Source: an uncultured Actinomycetes bacterium (GTDB taxonomy: Bacteria > Actinomycetota > UBA4738 > HRBIN12). Taken from it: 64,000 nucleotides of DNA. The stretch lies in assembly GCA_963704725.1 (NCBI GenBank), contig OY969934.1:32001-96000 (forward strand), read 5' to 3'. The position numbers were made by a program, and so were the translations under genes. Under the pieces are notes generated by a model that did not search any database, was not told where the DNA came from, and worked only from the letters and a program-made list of their open reading frames with translations. Below are positions 18,436 to 27,388 of the stretch, piece by piece; within the stretch, counting starts at the first letter, position 1; each line of letters opens with the position of its first letter.

Positions 18436-18513
18436 CGCGAGAGCACCGATGCATCCCCGCGTCCTCGCGCCGTCGCCGGGCGATCCGAGGGCGACCCCCT
18501 ACCATGGGCCTCG

Positions 18514-20349
18514 ATGCCAACGCGCTCCGACATCCGCAACGTCGCCATCGTGGCCCACGTGGACCACGGCAAGACCACGCTGGTCGACGCGATGCTGTGG
18601 CAGTCCGGCGCGTTCCGCGCCAACCAGGACGTGGCCGAGCGCGTCATGGACTCGACCGACCTGGAGCGCGAGAAGGGCATCACGATCCTGGCCAAGAACA
18701 CGGCGGTCCGCCACGGCGAGATGAAGATCAACATCGTCGACACGCCGGGGCACGCGGACTTCGGGGGCGAGGTCGAGCGCGGGCTGACGATGGTGGACGG
18801 CGTCCTGCTGCTCGTCGACGCGTCCGAGGGCCCGCTGCCGCAGACGCGGTTCGTGCTCCGCAAATCGCTCGAGGCGCGCCTGCCGGTGATCCTCGTCGTG
18901 AACAAGGTCGACCGGCCCGATGCCCGGACGAAGGAGGTCGTCGACGAGGTCTACCAGCTCTTCCTCGACCTCGACGCGGACGAGCACCAGATCGAGTTCC
19001 CGATCCTGTACGCGGACGCGCGGGCGGGGCGCTGCGGCCCTGATCCCGAGCACCTCCCACCCGATCTCGAGCCGCTGTTCGACGCGCTGCGCACCAACAT
19101 CCCCGCGCCCTCGTACGAGGCGGACCATCCGCTCCAGGCCCTCGTGACGAACCTCGACGCCTCGCCCTACGTCGGACGCCTCGCGCTGTGCCGCGTTCGC
19201 CACGGCACGATCCGACGAGGGCAGGCGGTCGCCTGGTGCCGGGCAGACGGCACGATCGAGCCGGCCAAGATCACCGAGCTCTTCGTGAGCGAGGCGCTCG
19301 ATCGCGTGGACGCCGAGGAGGCCGGGCCCGGCGAGATCGTCGCCGTCGCCGGGATCGAGGAGATCACGATCGGCGAGACGCTCGCCGATCCGGACGACCC
19401 CCGTCCGCTGCCGGTCACCCACGTCGACGAGCCGTCCCTGTCGATGACGATCGGCATCAACACCTCGCCGCTGTCCGGGCGCGACGGCACGCGGCTCACC
19501 GCCCGCCAGGTGAAGAACCGCCTGGACGCCGAGGTGGTCGGCAACGTCTCCATCCGCGTCCTGGACGGCGACCGTCCCGAACGGTGGGAGGTGCAGGGCC
19601 GGGGCGAGCTCCAGCTCGCGGTGCTCGTCGAGACGATGCGGCGCGAGGGCTTCGAGCTCACGGTGGGCAAGCCCCAGGTCGTCACCCGGACGATCGACGG
19701 TGCGCTGAACGAACCGGTGGAGCGCGTGTCCGTCGACGCCCCCGAGGAGTACCTCGGCGTCGTCTCGCAGCTCCTCGCCCTCCGCAAGGGGCGGATGGAG
19801 AACCTCGTGAACCACGGCACGGGATGGATCCGCATGGAGCACCTCGTCCCGGCCCGGGGCCTGATCGGCTTTCGGACCGAGTTCCTCACGGAGACCCGAG
19901 GCACCGGCCAGCTCCACCACGTGTTCGAGGGATACGAGCCGTGGCACGGAGACCTCCGGACGCGCCCGACCGGCTCGCTCATCGCGGACCGCATCGGGAT
20001 GAGCACGGCGTTCGCCCTCCTCACCCTGCAGGAGCGCGGCTCGTTGTTCGTCGGTCCGGGCGAGGAGATCTACGAGGGCATGATCGTCGGCGAGAACTCT
20101 CGCGCCGAGGACATCGACGTCAACCCGGCCAGGGAGAAGAAGCTCACGAACATCCGTCAATCGACGGCCGAGGAGTTCACCCGTCTCATCCCGCGGCGGA
20201 CGCTGACGCTCGAGCAGGCGCTCGAGTTCATCCGCGAGGACGAGTGCGTCGAGGTCACCCCCAACCACGTCCGCCTGCGCAAGGTCCTGCTCCCGCAGCA
20301 GGAGCGCTGGAAGGCCGCCCGCCGCGGGCGGCCCGCGACCGAGCGCTGA
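18514..20349 (+). CDS. typA: Translational GTPase TypA/BipA
   Basis: [44 protein letters not shown]. Confidence 0.98.
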   Translation: MPTRSDIRNVAIVAHVDHGKTTLVDAMLWQSGAFRANQDVAERVMDSTDLEREKGITILAKNTAVRHGEMKINIVDTPGHADFGGEVERGLTMVDGVLLLVDASEGPLPQTRFVLRKSLEARLPVILVVNKVDRPDARTKEVVDEVYQLFLDLDADEHQIEFPILYADARAGRCGPDPEHLPPDLEPLFDALRTNIPAPSYEADHPLQALVTNLDASPYVGRLALCRVRHGTIRRGQAVAWCRADGTIEPAKITELFVSEALDRVDAEEAGPGEIVAVAGIEEITIGETLADPDDPRPLPVTHVDEPSLSMTIGINTSPLSGRDGTRLTARQVKNRLDAEVVGNVSIRVLDGDRPERWEVQGRGELQLAVLVETMRREGFELTVGKPQVVTRTIDGALNEPVERVSVDAPEEYLGVVSQLLALRKGRMENLVNHGTGWIRMEHLVPARGLIGFRTEFLTETRGTGQLHHVFEGYEPWHGDLRTRPTGSLIADRIGMSTAFALLTLQERGSLFVGPGEEIYEGMIVGENSRAEDIDVNPAREKKLTNIRQSTAEEFTRLIPRRTLTLEQALEFIREDECVEVTPNHVRLRKVLLPQQERWKAARRGRPATER

Positions 20350-20413
20350 GCCCCGCCAGATTCCGGCCGTAGGCGCTTCAGGGGAGGCCCGATCGGCCGA
20401 TACCTCAACGAGG

Positions 20414-20971
20414 ATGTCCTTCTCGCTTGGGTTCGCCGAAACCCTCGCCGCCGCGCGCGCCGGCCACGGGTCGGCTCTCGGCGACCTGTTCCACGATCTC
20501 CATCCTCGGATCTACCGGTACCTCCGGGTCCTCGAACCGGGAGAAGCCGAGGATCTCGCGTCGGACGTGTGGCTCGACGTCGCGGCCGCCCTCGACCGGT
20601 TCGAGGGAGACGAGCGTGGATTGCGCATGCTCGCGTTCACCATCGCCCGGCGAAGGATGACCGAGGCGCAGAGGCGGGGCAGCCGCCATCCCTCCTTCCC
20701 GGCGGAGGTCGACCACTGGCACGAGGAGCCTGCCTCGAGCGAGGCTGACGAGGAGGCGATGACCGAGCTCGCGACCGAGGAGGCGTTGGCGCAAGTCGCC
20801 GGACTCTCCGATGACCAGGCCGAGGTGCTCCTGCTCAGGGTCCTGGGTGGCCTTCCCGTCGAGGACGTGGCTCGGGTCCTGTCGAGGCGGCCGGGCACCG
20901 TTCGACTCATCCAAGACCGGGCCCTTCGCAAGCTGGCGGAGCGCTCGATGCAACAGGAGGTCACGGCATGA
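20414..20971 (+). CDS. ECF sigma factor
   Basis: AEDLASDVW, RFEGDE...FTIARRR (sigma2); LSDDQAEVLLLRV..GL..EDVA...GTVR...RAL..L (sigma4). Confidence 0.9.
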   Translation: MSFSLGFAETLAAARAGHGSALGDLFHDLHPRIYRYLRVLEPGEAEDLASDVWLDVAAALDRFEGDERGLRMLAFTIARRRMTEAQRRGSRHPSFPAEVDHWHEEPASSEADEEAMTELATEEALAQVAGLSDDQAEVLLLRVLGGLPVEDVARVLSRRPGTVRLIQDRALRKLAERSMQQEVTA

Positions 20972-22020
20972 TCCGCGCCGACGACGACCACCCCGGCCTG
21001 CGAACCGTTCGAGCCCTGGACGAAGGTACGGCGGCACGGCTGCTCTCGGGCCGGATGCCGCCGGGCATCGCCCCACGGGGATACGAACACGTGGCGGAGA
21101 TCGTCCGAGCGCTGGCCGCCCCGGCGACGGCGCTCGAGCTCGTAGGGAAGGACACGGCCGTCGCGGCGGCGGCGGCCGTGATCCAGCGGCCGGTCGCCAT
21201 CTCACCATCACGGCGGCGACGGGCGATGCCCTTCAAGGCGAAGGTTGCGTCCCTGGCATTCGCCGGCGGCCTCCTCGGAACGACCGGGCTCGCAGCGGCG
21301 GGTGTCCTGCCCGCGCCCATCCAAGACGCCGCACACCAGATCCTCTCGAAGGTAGGGATCGACGTTCCAACGTCACGCGAGCACCGCCTCGACGACGGGG
21401 AGAACGGCGTTCCATCTCCGGCCCACCGGGAGCTGAACACGAGCGGCACCGACGACGGCCAGCACCATGCCGACGGCGTAGAGGTCCCGCGCACCACAGC
21501 CACCGGCACCGGCCAAGGCGCTGGGAGCGAGGGGATCGACAACTCCGGCGGGAGCTCGGACGACAACCCCGGCAACTCCGGCGGGAACGGCGGCGGGAGC
21601 TCGGACGACAACCCCGGCAACTCCGGCGGGAACGGCGGCGGGAGCTCGGACGACAACCCCGGCAACTCCGGCGGGAGCTCGGACGACAACCCCGGCAACT
21701 CCGGCGGGAGCTCGGACGACAACCCCGGCAACGGCGGCGGGAACGGCGGCGGGAGCTCGGACGACAACCCCGGCAACTCCGGCGGGAGCTCGGACGACAA
21801 CCCCGGCAACTCCGGCGGGAGCTCGGACGACAACCCCGGCAACGGCGGCGGGAACGGCGGCGGGAGCTCGGACGACAACCCCGGCAACTCCGGCGGGAGC
21901 TCGGACGACAACCCCGGCAACGGCGGCGGGAGCTCGGACGACAACCCCGGCAACTCCGGCGGGAACTCGGACGACAACCCCGGCAACGGCGGCGGGCACT
22001 CGGAACACCCGAGCGAGTAG
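20968..22020 (+). CDS. Putative single-pass anti-sigma factor with G/S/N/D-rich repeat tail
   Basis: ATGA-coupled to the sigma gene; RRRR then TM (VASLAFAGGLLGTTGLAAAGVLP); 12 DDNP repeats. Confidence 0.75.
   Translation: MIRADDDHPGLRTVRALDEGTAARLLSGRMPPGIAPRGYEHVAEIVRALAAPATALELVGKDTAVAAAAAVIQRPVAISPSRRRRAMPFKAKVASLAFAGGLLGTTGLAAAGVLPAPIQDAAHQILSKVGIDVPTSREHRLDDGENGVPSPAHRELNTSGTDDGQHHADGVEVPRTTATGTGQGAGSEGIDNSGGSSDDNPGNSGGNGGGSSDDNPGNSGGNGGGSSDDNPGNSGGSSDDNPGNSGGSSDDNPGNGGGNGGGSSDDNPGNSGGSSDDNPGNSGGSSDDNPGNGGGNGGGSSDDNPGNSGGSSDDNPGNGGGSSDDNPGNSGGNSDDNPGNGGGHSEHPSE
21541..21996 (+). repeat. Coding tandem repeat, 12 units of 33 or 45 bp (GN[S/G]GG[NGGG]SSDDNP)
   Basis: Core GGCGGGAGCTCGGACGACAACCCCGGCAAC repeated with essentially no synonymous change. 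Confidence 0.97.
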
Positions 22021-22100
22021 CCCCGGCCGGGAGGGTGTGCCAAGCGCCCGAAAGCCGGGCATTCCTCTCCAGCTACCCACCCTCTCGGAACCGGCTCACA

Positions 22101-23186
22101 ATGAGCCCACTCCGACGCCGGGATGGGGTGGGAACGACCGTGAACGACGCCACCACCGAGTACGACCTCCTGTTCTCGGGCGAGTACCCGGCCGTCGCGA
22201 GGTCCGTCTTGATGATGGTGCAGGACGCCACCCGGGCCGAGACGATCACCCAGGACGCGTTCGTCCAGCTGCTTCGAAGGTGGCGAAGGGTGGCTCGAGC
22301 GGGTCAGCCCGAGAAGTGGGTGCGCCTGTTCGCCATCAAGATCGCGTCGAAAGCCGAACGGCACGGGCGGCTTCGCTCGCTTGCCCGGCGCGCTCGCCCA
22401 CCGGGACCGACCCCCGGCGACGGGCGGGTCCCCACGGCGATCCGCGATCTGCCGCTGATGGAACGCGTCGTGCTCGTTCTGTTTCTCGTGGAGGACCGGT
22501 CTCTGCCCGAGGTCGTCCACCTCATCGGCGGCTCGAGCGCCTCGGCGCGACATCACCTCCTCCGCGCTCGCGAACACCTGGCGAGCGCGCTCGGGGATGA
22601 GGACCCACAGACCCTGGACGCCCGCGTTCGAGAGGCCCTCGAGCGCTCGGCGCCGCAGGCCGACGCTGACGCGGGACGGGCGCTCTCGTCGGTCCGGCGT
22701 CGGACCGGTCGCGTCGTGCTCCGGCGCCGGGCGGCCGGCGTGCTCGCACTCGGTGGCCTCGCCCTGGCGGCCGTCGTCCTCGGCCCGCGGGCCCTCGACA
22801 CAGGCGGGACCGATGGTCGTGCTCCCGCGCCGTCGCCGTCGGTCCGATTCGCCGGGTTCTTCAACACGGACCTCGCCGAAGCGGGCGAACCGCTCGCGAG
22901 CGCGGGCCTATCGGGCCGGTGGATGCTCGCCTTCAGGGGCGACGGGCAGGTAGGGTGGCGCGCGCCGAGGCGCTCGGGGCTCTTCGAGGGCCTGCCGCTC
23001 GACACGTTCGAGGCATCGGGTCGCCGCATCGTGACCAACCTGTTCTCCGCGGCCCTGTGCGACGGCGGCCCACCCGCGACCTACGCGTGGTCGCGGGTGG
23101 GTTCCACCCTCACGTTCGTCGCGGTGGACGACACGTGCGAGCTCCGCCGCGCCGTCCTCACGACGCGCGACTGGGCCGTCGGCTGA
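22101..23186 (+). CDS. ECF sigma-like domain fused to anti-sigma-like helix, TM and extracytoplasmic domain
   Basis: AETITQDAF..L..RW.RV, P..WV (sigma2); LP..ER.VLVL...EDRSL.EV...G.S...R..L.RAR..L (sigma4); LDARVREAL; RRR plus TM; two Cys in C-terminal domain; alternative start GTG 22140. Confidence 0.75.
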   Translation: MSPLRRRDGVGTTVNDATTEYDLLFSGEYPAVARSVLMMVQDATRAETITQDAFVQLLRRWRRVARAGQPEKWVRLFAIKIASKAERHGRLRSLARRARPPGPTPGDGRVPTAIRDLPLMERVVLVLFLVEDRSLPEVVHLIGGSSASARHHLLRAREHLASALGDEDPQTLDARVREALERSAPQADADAGRALSSVRRRTGRVVLRRRAAGVLALGGLALAAVVLGPRALDTGGTDGRAPAPSPSVRFAGFFNTDLAEAGEPLASAGLSGRWMLAFRGDGQVGWRAPRRSGLFEGLPLDTFEASGRRIVTNLFSAALCDGGPPATYAWSRVGSTLTFVAVDDTCELRRAVLTTRDWAVG

Positions 23187-23201
23187 GCGCCGCGAGCTGC
23201 C

Positions 23202-24572
23202 TCAGGGCTTGATGTTCTGGTTCAGGTGGAGCAGGTTGCCGGGGTCGTACGCGCGCTTGACGTCGACGAGCCGATCGTAGTTCCCGCGGTAGTTGGCCTT
23301 GATCCGATCCTGGTCGTCGTCGGCCATGAAGTTCACGTACCCGCCCTCCTCCGAGAGCGGAGCCGTCGCTTCGTAGTACCGGCGCACCCAGGCGATGTTC
23401 GCCTCGTTGTGGCCCGGCTCCGGCCACATGCCGGCGATGACCGTGGCGAAGTTGGCGTCTCGGTACGCGAACGCCGTCGCATCTGACGCCACGCGGTGCA
23501 CAGCCCCGTTGATCGGGTAGATGTGCACAGTCGAGTTCACGACCGGCACGTCCGGTCCGTTGGCTGCGTGGGCGGCGATCGCCGCGTCGGTCAGCTCGGT
23601 CACGAAGTTGGCCTTCCAGTAGTGTTGGAGCCCCGCGGGCACGAGCGCGTCGAACGCGCTGTTCAGTGCGGGATACGGCATCGGGCCGACGTGCTCCGCG
23701 ACCACCGGAGCCACGTCGTGGAACGGCTTCAGCGCCTTCTCCCCCTCCTCAAGCGGCCCCGCCCAGCAGGCGACCATCGCGATGAACGTGTCGCCGTGGC
23801 GATCCTCGGGGATGAACGGGAGGGGCGGCGCGATCTGGAACGCGGGGAACGCGCCCATCTGCTCCGGAGCGTCGGCGATGTAGTCGCGATAGAAGCGCAG
23901 GACGTTCTCGACCTCGCTCAGCTCGAAGAACATGGGGCCGCCGTAGATGTCCTTCACCGGGTGGAGCCGGAACTCGAGCGACGTGACGACGCCGAAGTTC
24001 CCGCCGCCGCCCCGCAGCGCCCAGAACAGGTCCGCGTGCTCGTCCTCGCTCGCCACCAGGAACCGCCCGTCGGCCGTCACCACGTCGGCCGAGATCAGGT
24101 TGTCCAGCGACAGGCCGCAGCTCCGTGCGAGGTAGCCGATGCCGCCCCCGAGCGTGAGGCCGGCGACGCCGGTCGTCGAGATGATCCCACCGGTCGTGGC
24201 GAGACCGAACGGATACGTCGCGGCGTTGAAGTCGCCCCACGTGGCCCCGCCTTCGGCGCGCGCCGTCTGGGTGACGGGGTCCACTCGGACGCCGCGCATC
24301 CGCGACAGGTCGATCACGACACCGTCGTCGCACGTGCCGAACCCGGGCACGCTGTGGCCGCCGTCGCGCACCGCGAGGTCCACACCGGCCTCGCGCGCGA
24401 GGTTCACGGCGGCCATGACGTCGCCGGCGTTCGCCGCCCGAACGACCACCGCCGGCCGCCGTTCGATCATGGCGTTGTAGACGCGACGGGCCTCGTCGTA
24501 GCGCTCGTCGTCGGATCCGATCACGTCACCCCGCACCTGAGCGCGGAGCTCGTCGATCGCCAGCGTCTGCAT
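23202..24572 (-). CDS. FAD-linked oxidase (berberine-bridge/6-HDNO-like)
   Basis: GGHS covalent His motif, TGVAGLTLGGG, DLFWALRGGGGNFGVV, YVNF, K..YDP.N; GGAGGAGG RBS. Confidence 0.93.
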   Translation of the reverse strand: MQTLAIDELRAQVRGDVIGSDDERYDEARRVYNAMIERRPAVVVRAANAGDVMAAVNLAREAGVDLAVRDGGHSVPGFGTCDDGVVIDLSRMRGVRVDPVTQTARAEGGATWGDFNAATYPFGLATTGGIISTTGVAGLTLGGGIGYLARSCGLSLDNLISADVVTADGRFLVASEDEHADLFWALRGGGGNFGVVTSLEFRLHPVKDIYGGPMFFELSEVENVLRFYRDYIADAPEQMGAFPAFQIAPPLPFIPEDRHGDTFIAMVACWAGPLEEGEKALKPFHDVAPVVAEHVGPMPYPALNSAFDALVPAGLQHYWKANFVTELTDAAIAAHAANGPDVPVVNSTVHIYPINGAVHRVASDATAFAYRDANFATVIAGMWPEPGHNEANIAWVRRYYEATAPLSEEGGYVNFMADDDQDRIKANYRGNYDRLVDVKRAYDPGNLLHLNQNIKP

Positions 24573-24620
24573 GCGAAGCCTCCTCCAACTCGGGCCCGGG
24601 CGGCACCGTACGGCCGCCTC

Positions 24621-24670
24621 GTGTGAGCCGGGGTGTGAAGCTAGGTGTGAACCGTCGTGAGAGTCGGTGA
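24621..24670. promoter_or_regulatory. Direct-repeat array, candidate SARP-type binding sites
   Basis: GTGTGA at 24621, 24633, 24645, then TCGTGA 24655 and CGGTGA 24665, between divergent oxidase and regulator. Confidence 0.55.
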
Positions 24671-24720
24671 CGCGCGTCACCCTTGTCCGGATCCGGCCGA
24701 ACCCCCAGGATGGGCCGGTC

Positions 24721-26574
24721 ATGCCGGTCACCGCACACCTGCTCGGCCCGCCGCTCGTGGTCCGGGACGGGGTCGTGTACGCCGCCCCGAAGGGTCGCAA
24801 GGCCTGGGCCATCCTGGCCTACCTCGCGCTCGCCGAGCGCCCGCCGAGCCGGCAGCAGCTCATCGACCTGCTGTTCCCCGACGCGGAGGACCCCGGCGGG
24901 GCACTGCGATGGAACCTGTCCGAGCTGCGCCGGCTGCTCGGCGGGCCGAACACCGTCGGCAGCGCGACCACCGTCCAGCTTCGCCTCCCCGAGGGATCGG
25001 TGGTCGACGTCCAGGTCCTCATGGCGGGGAGCTCGGTCGAGGCCGTCGACCTGCCCGGCCTCGGCCGGGAGCTGCTCGAGGGCGTCGAGGTCGAGGCGAG
25101 TCCGGGGTTCGCGGCGTGGCTCCTCGGCGAGCGGCGGCGGCTCCAAGCGCTGAGCGAGGCGGTGCTCCGCGAGGGTGCGCTGCGCGCGCTCGCCTCGGGC
25201 AACGCCCGGGCGGCCGTCGAGCTCGCCACGCGTCTGGTCGCCGCGAGCCCGCTGGACGAGGACGCCCACGCGCTCCTGATCCGCGCGTTCGCCGGGACCG
25301 GGGACGAGATCGCCGTTCGGCGCCAACTCTCGGCCTCGGCCGAGCTGTTCCGGCGGGAGCTGGGTGTGGAGCCCGGACCCGAGCTCGCCGAGGCGGCGCG
25401 GATGGACGGGAGCGAGTCGCGCGGCGGCGCGGGAGGTGGGCTCGTCGCGCTGCGTGCGCTCCTCGAGTCCGGTGAGGCCGCTGTGAACGCCGGCGCGATC
25501 GGGCCGGGGATCGAGATCCTCCGCAACGCCGTGGCCGGATGCAGCGAATCGGACGAGACCGCGCTCGAGGCCGCCGCCCTGCTGGCGCTCGGCACCGCCC
25601 TGATCCATGCGACGAAGGGCAAGGACGAGGAGGGCGCCGCCGCGCTCCACCGGAGCATCGCCGCCGCCGAGACGGCGGGCGAGCGAGCCATCGCCGCCTC
25701 GGCCCACCGGGAGCTCGGGTACGTCGAGCTGCTACGCGGGGACTACGTGCGCTCGCGAACATGGCTCGAGACCGCCGAGGAGCTCGCCGACGGCGACGCG
25801 GTCGAGCTCTCGAAGATCCACGCGATGACGGGGACCCGGCTCGCCGACGCCGGCGCCCACGACCGGGCGATCGAAGCCTTCGCCCATTCGATCCGGCTCG
25901 CGTCCCGGTCGGGGCAGGCCAAGCAGGAGGCGTGGTCCACGGCCGTCCTCGGTCGCACGCGGTTACTCCGCGGCGAGCTCGACCTGGCCGAGGAGTCACT
26001 CAGCCGAGCGCGCGAGCTGACGAAGGCCGAGCGCTGGACGGCGTTCCTCGCATATCCCGAGGCGTTGCTCGCCGAGGTGTGGGTCCGCCGGGGCGACCTG
26101 ACCCGGGCGGCCGAGGCGTTCGAGCACGCGTTCGCGCTCGGCTGCCAGGTCGACGACGCCTGCTGGGAGGCGTACGGCGTCCGAGGCTTCGGCCTGCTCA
26201 AGGCGGCCCGGGGCGACCTCGACGGAGCCGTGGAGAGCATGGACGAGGCGATCACCCGGTGCGCGCGCCAGCGAGACACACACCTGTGGCTGCGCGCCTA
26301 CGTGCTCGACGCGCTGTGCGCGGTAGCCGTCAGGGCCGGCCACCCCAAGGCCGGACGTTGGGTCACCGACCTCGCCTCGCTCACGGGCCGGTCGGGGATG
26401 CGAGAGCTGTCGGTCCGCGCATACCTGTACCGGCGGGAGCTCGGCGACCCCACGGCGATCGAGGGCGCCCGGGCGCTCGCCATCGGCGTCGAGAACCCCC
26501 ACCTGCTGGACCTCGTCGCGCTCGACGGGCCCTCGCTCCTGGACGACCTGCTCGGCAAGGTCGCCCGCCCCTAG
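24721..26574 (+). CDS. SARP/BTAD-family transcriptional activator with TPR repeats
   Basis: LLGPP, LAYLAL...SR..L..LL, LRW.LS.LRR.LG, PLDEDAH..LIR, ELGVEP. Confidence 0.85.
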   Translation: MPVTAHLLGPPLVVRDGVVYAAPKGRKAWAILAYLALAERPPSRQQLIDLLFPDAEDPGGALRWNLSELRRLLGGPNTVGSATTVQLRLPEGSVVDVQVLMAGSSVEAVDLPGLGRELLEGVEVEASPGFAAWLLGERRRLQALSEAVLREGALRALASGNARAAVELATRLVAASPLDEDAHALLIRAFAGTGDEIAVRRQLSASAELFRRELGVEPGPELAEAARMDGSESRGGAGGGLVALRALLESGEAAVNAGAIGPGIEILRNAVAGCSESDETALEAAALLALGTALIHATKGKDEEGAAALHRSIAAAETAGERAIAASAHRELGYVELLRGDYVRSRTWLETAEELADGDAVELSKIHAMTGTRLADAGAHDRAIEAFAHSIRLASRSGQAKQEAWSTAVLGRTRLLRGELDLAEESLSRARELTKAERWTAFLAYPEALLAEVWVRRGDLTRAAEAFEHAFALGCQVDDACWEAYGVRGFGLLKAARGDLDGAVESMDEAITRCARQRDTHLWLRAYVLDALCAVAVRAGHPKAGRWVTDLASLTGRSGMRELSVRAYLYRRELGDPTAIEGARALAIGVENPHLLDLVALDGPSLLDDLLGKVARP

Positions 26575-26933
26575 AACGGCGGCTCAGGCGGCTTCGTCGA
26601 GGCCGGCGCTAGGCCCCCCGGCGGACGGTACGCCACGGCCTTCTTCGCCGCGGCGTCCACCTCTTCCGGTGTGAGCAGCACCGTCGTCTTCACCCGGACG
26701 GCCCCGGAGGCGGCCACGGTCAGGCTGATGGCCGCGGCGGTCTCGGCGTCGGGAACGTCCGCGATCACGTACACATCGTGCTCGCCGAACGCGAAGTAGA
26801 AGGCCTCGACCACGCCGCCGAAGTCCTCCACGGTGACCCGCTCGATCGCCGAGAGCCGACCGGTCCCGCCCTCCTTGAGGATCCCGCGGATGCCGTCCGG
26901 TGTGTACGAGGCCTGCCACAGGTACCGCGTCAC
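26571..26933 (-). CDS. GYD domain protein
   Basis: YL..ASYT..G..G, YFAFGEHD, T..LLT.EE, YRPPG. Confidence 0.85.
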   Translation of the reverse strand: MTRYLWQASYTPDGIRGILKEGGTGRLSAIERVTVEDFGGVVEAFYFAFGEHDVYVIADVPDAETAAAISLTVAASGAVRVKTTVLLTPEEVDAAAKKAVAYRPPGGLAPASTKPPEPPF

Positions 26934-27028
26934 GACGCCCCCCTTCTCGCGCCCGGGCTTCGGGCCGGATCCGGGAAGGATGACGCATCCCCCGGCCCGC
27001 CGGATCGCGTTCGGGACCTGCGCCGGGA

Positions 27029-27325
27029 TCAGGGCTCGACGCGAGGCCCGTCGGGGTGCGCGAACACCACGCCGGCGGCGGCCTTGCGGGCGCGGCACCG
27101 GATCACGACGCCCGGGACGATGTCCGGACCGACGCCGGCCCTGGACACCCGAACGTCGAGCGAGGTCCCGACGCGGTCCTCGAGGAGGTTCGGGGAGCCC
27201 TCGACGGGATCGACGCGCTCCACGGCCACACGGATCGTCGCGAACCCCGACTCCGACGCCGGATCCGGCTCGATCGCCGTGACCGATCCGGTGACGTCGG
27301 CCCAGTTCTCGACGACCTGCGCCAT
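27029..27325 (-). CDS. Hypothetical 98-aa beta-rich (OB-fold-like) protein
   Basis: ORF with typical codon usage downstream of protease; TAGCCT 8 bp before ATG. Confidence 0.65.
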   Translation of the reverse strand: MAQVVENWADVTGSVTAIEPDPASESGFATIRVAVERVDPVEGSPNLLEDRVGTSLDVRVSRAGVGPDIVPGVVIRCRARKAAAGVVFAHPDGPRVEP

Positions 27326-27388
27326 CCCGTCGAAGGCTACCCCGAGTAGGCCGAGGGGGGCTCTCGACCTAATCCTGTGGGCCCCACG

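Noticed and set aside
21541-21996. Repeat array as possible CRISPR
   Set aside because: No unique spacers, units are in-frame multiples of 3 inside a CDS, and no cas genes in the window
20811-22100. Upstream part of the 791-aa ORF (RRELGRQPRQL repeats) as part of the sigma fusion
   Set aside because: It is the alternate frame of the repeat in 20968..22020; protein-like sequence only begins near 22101-22140
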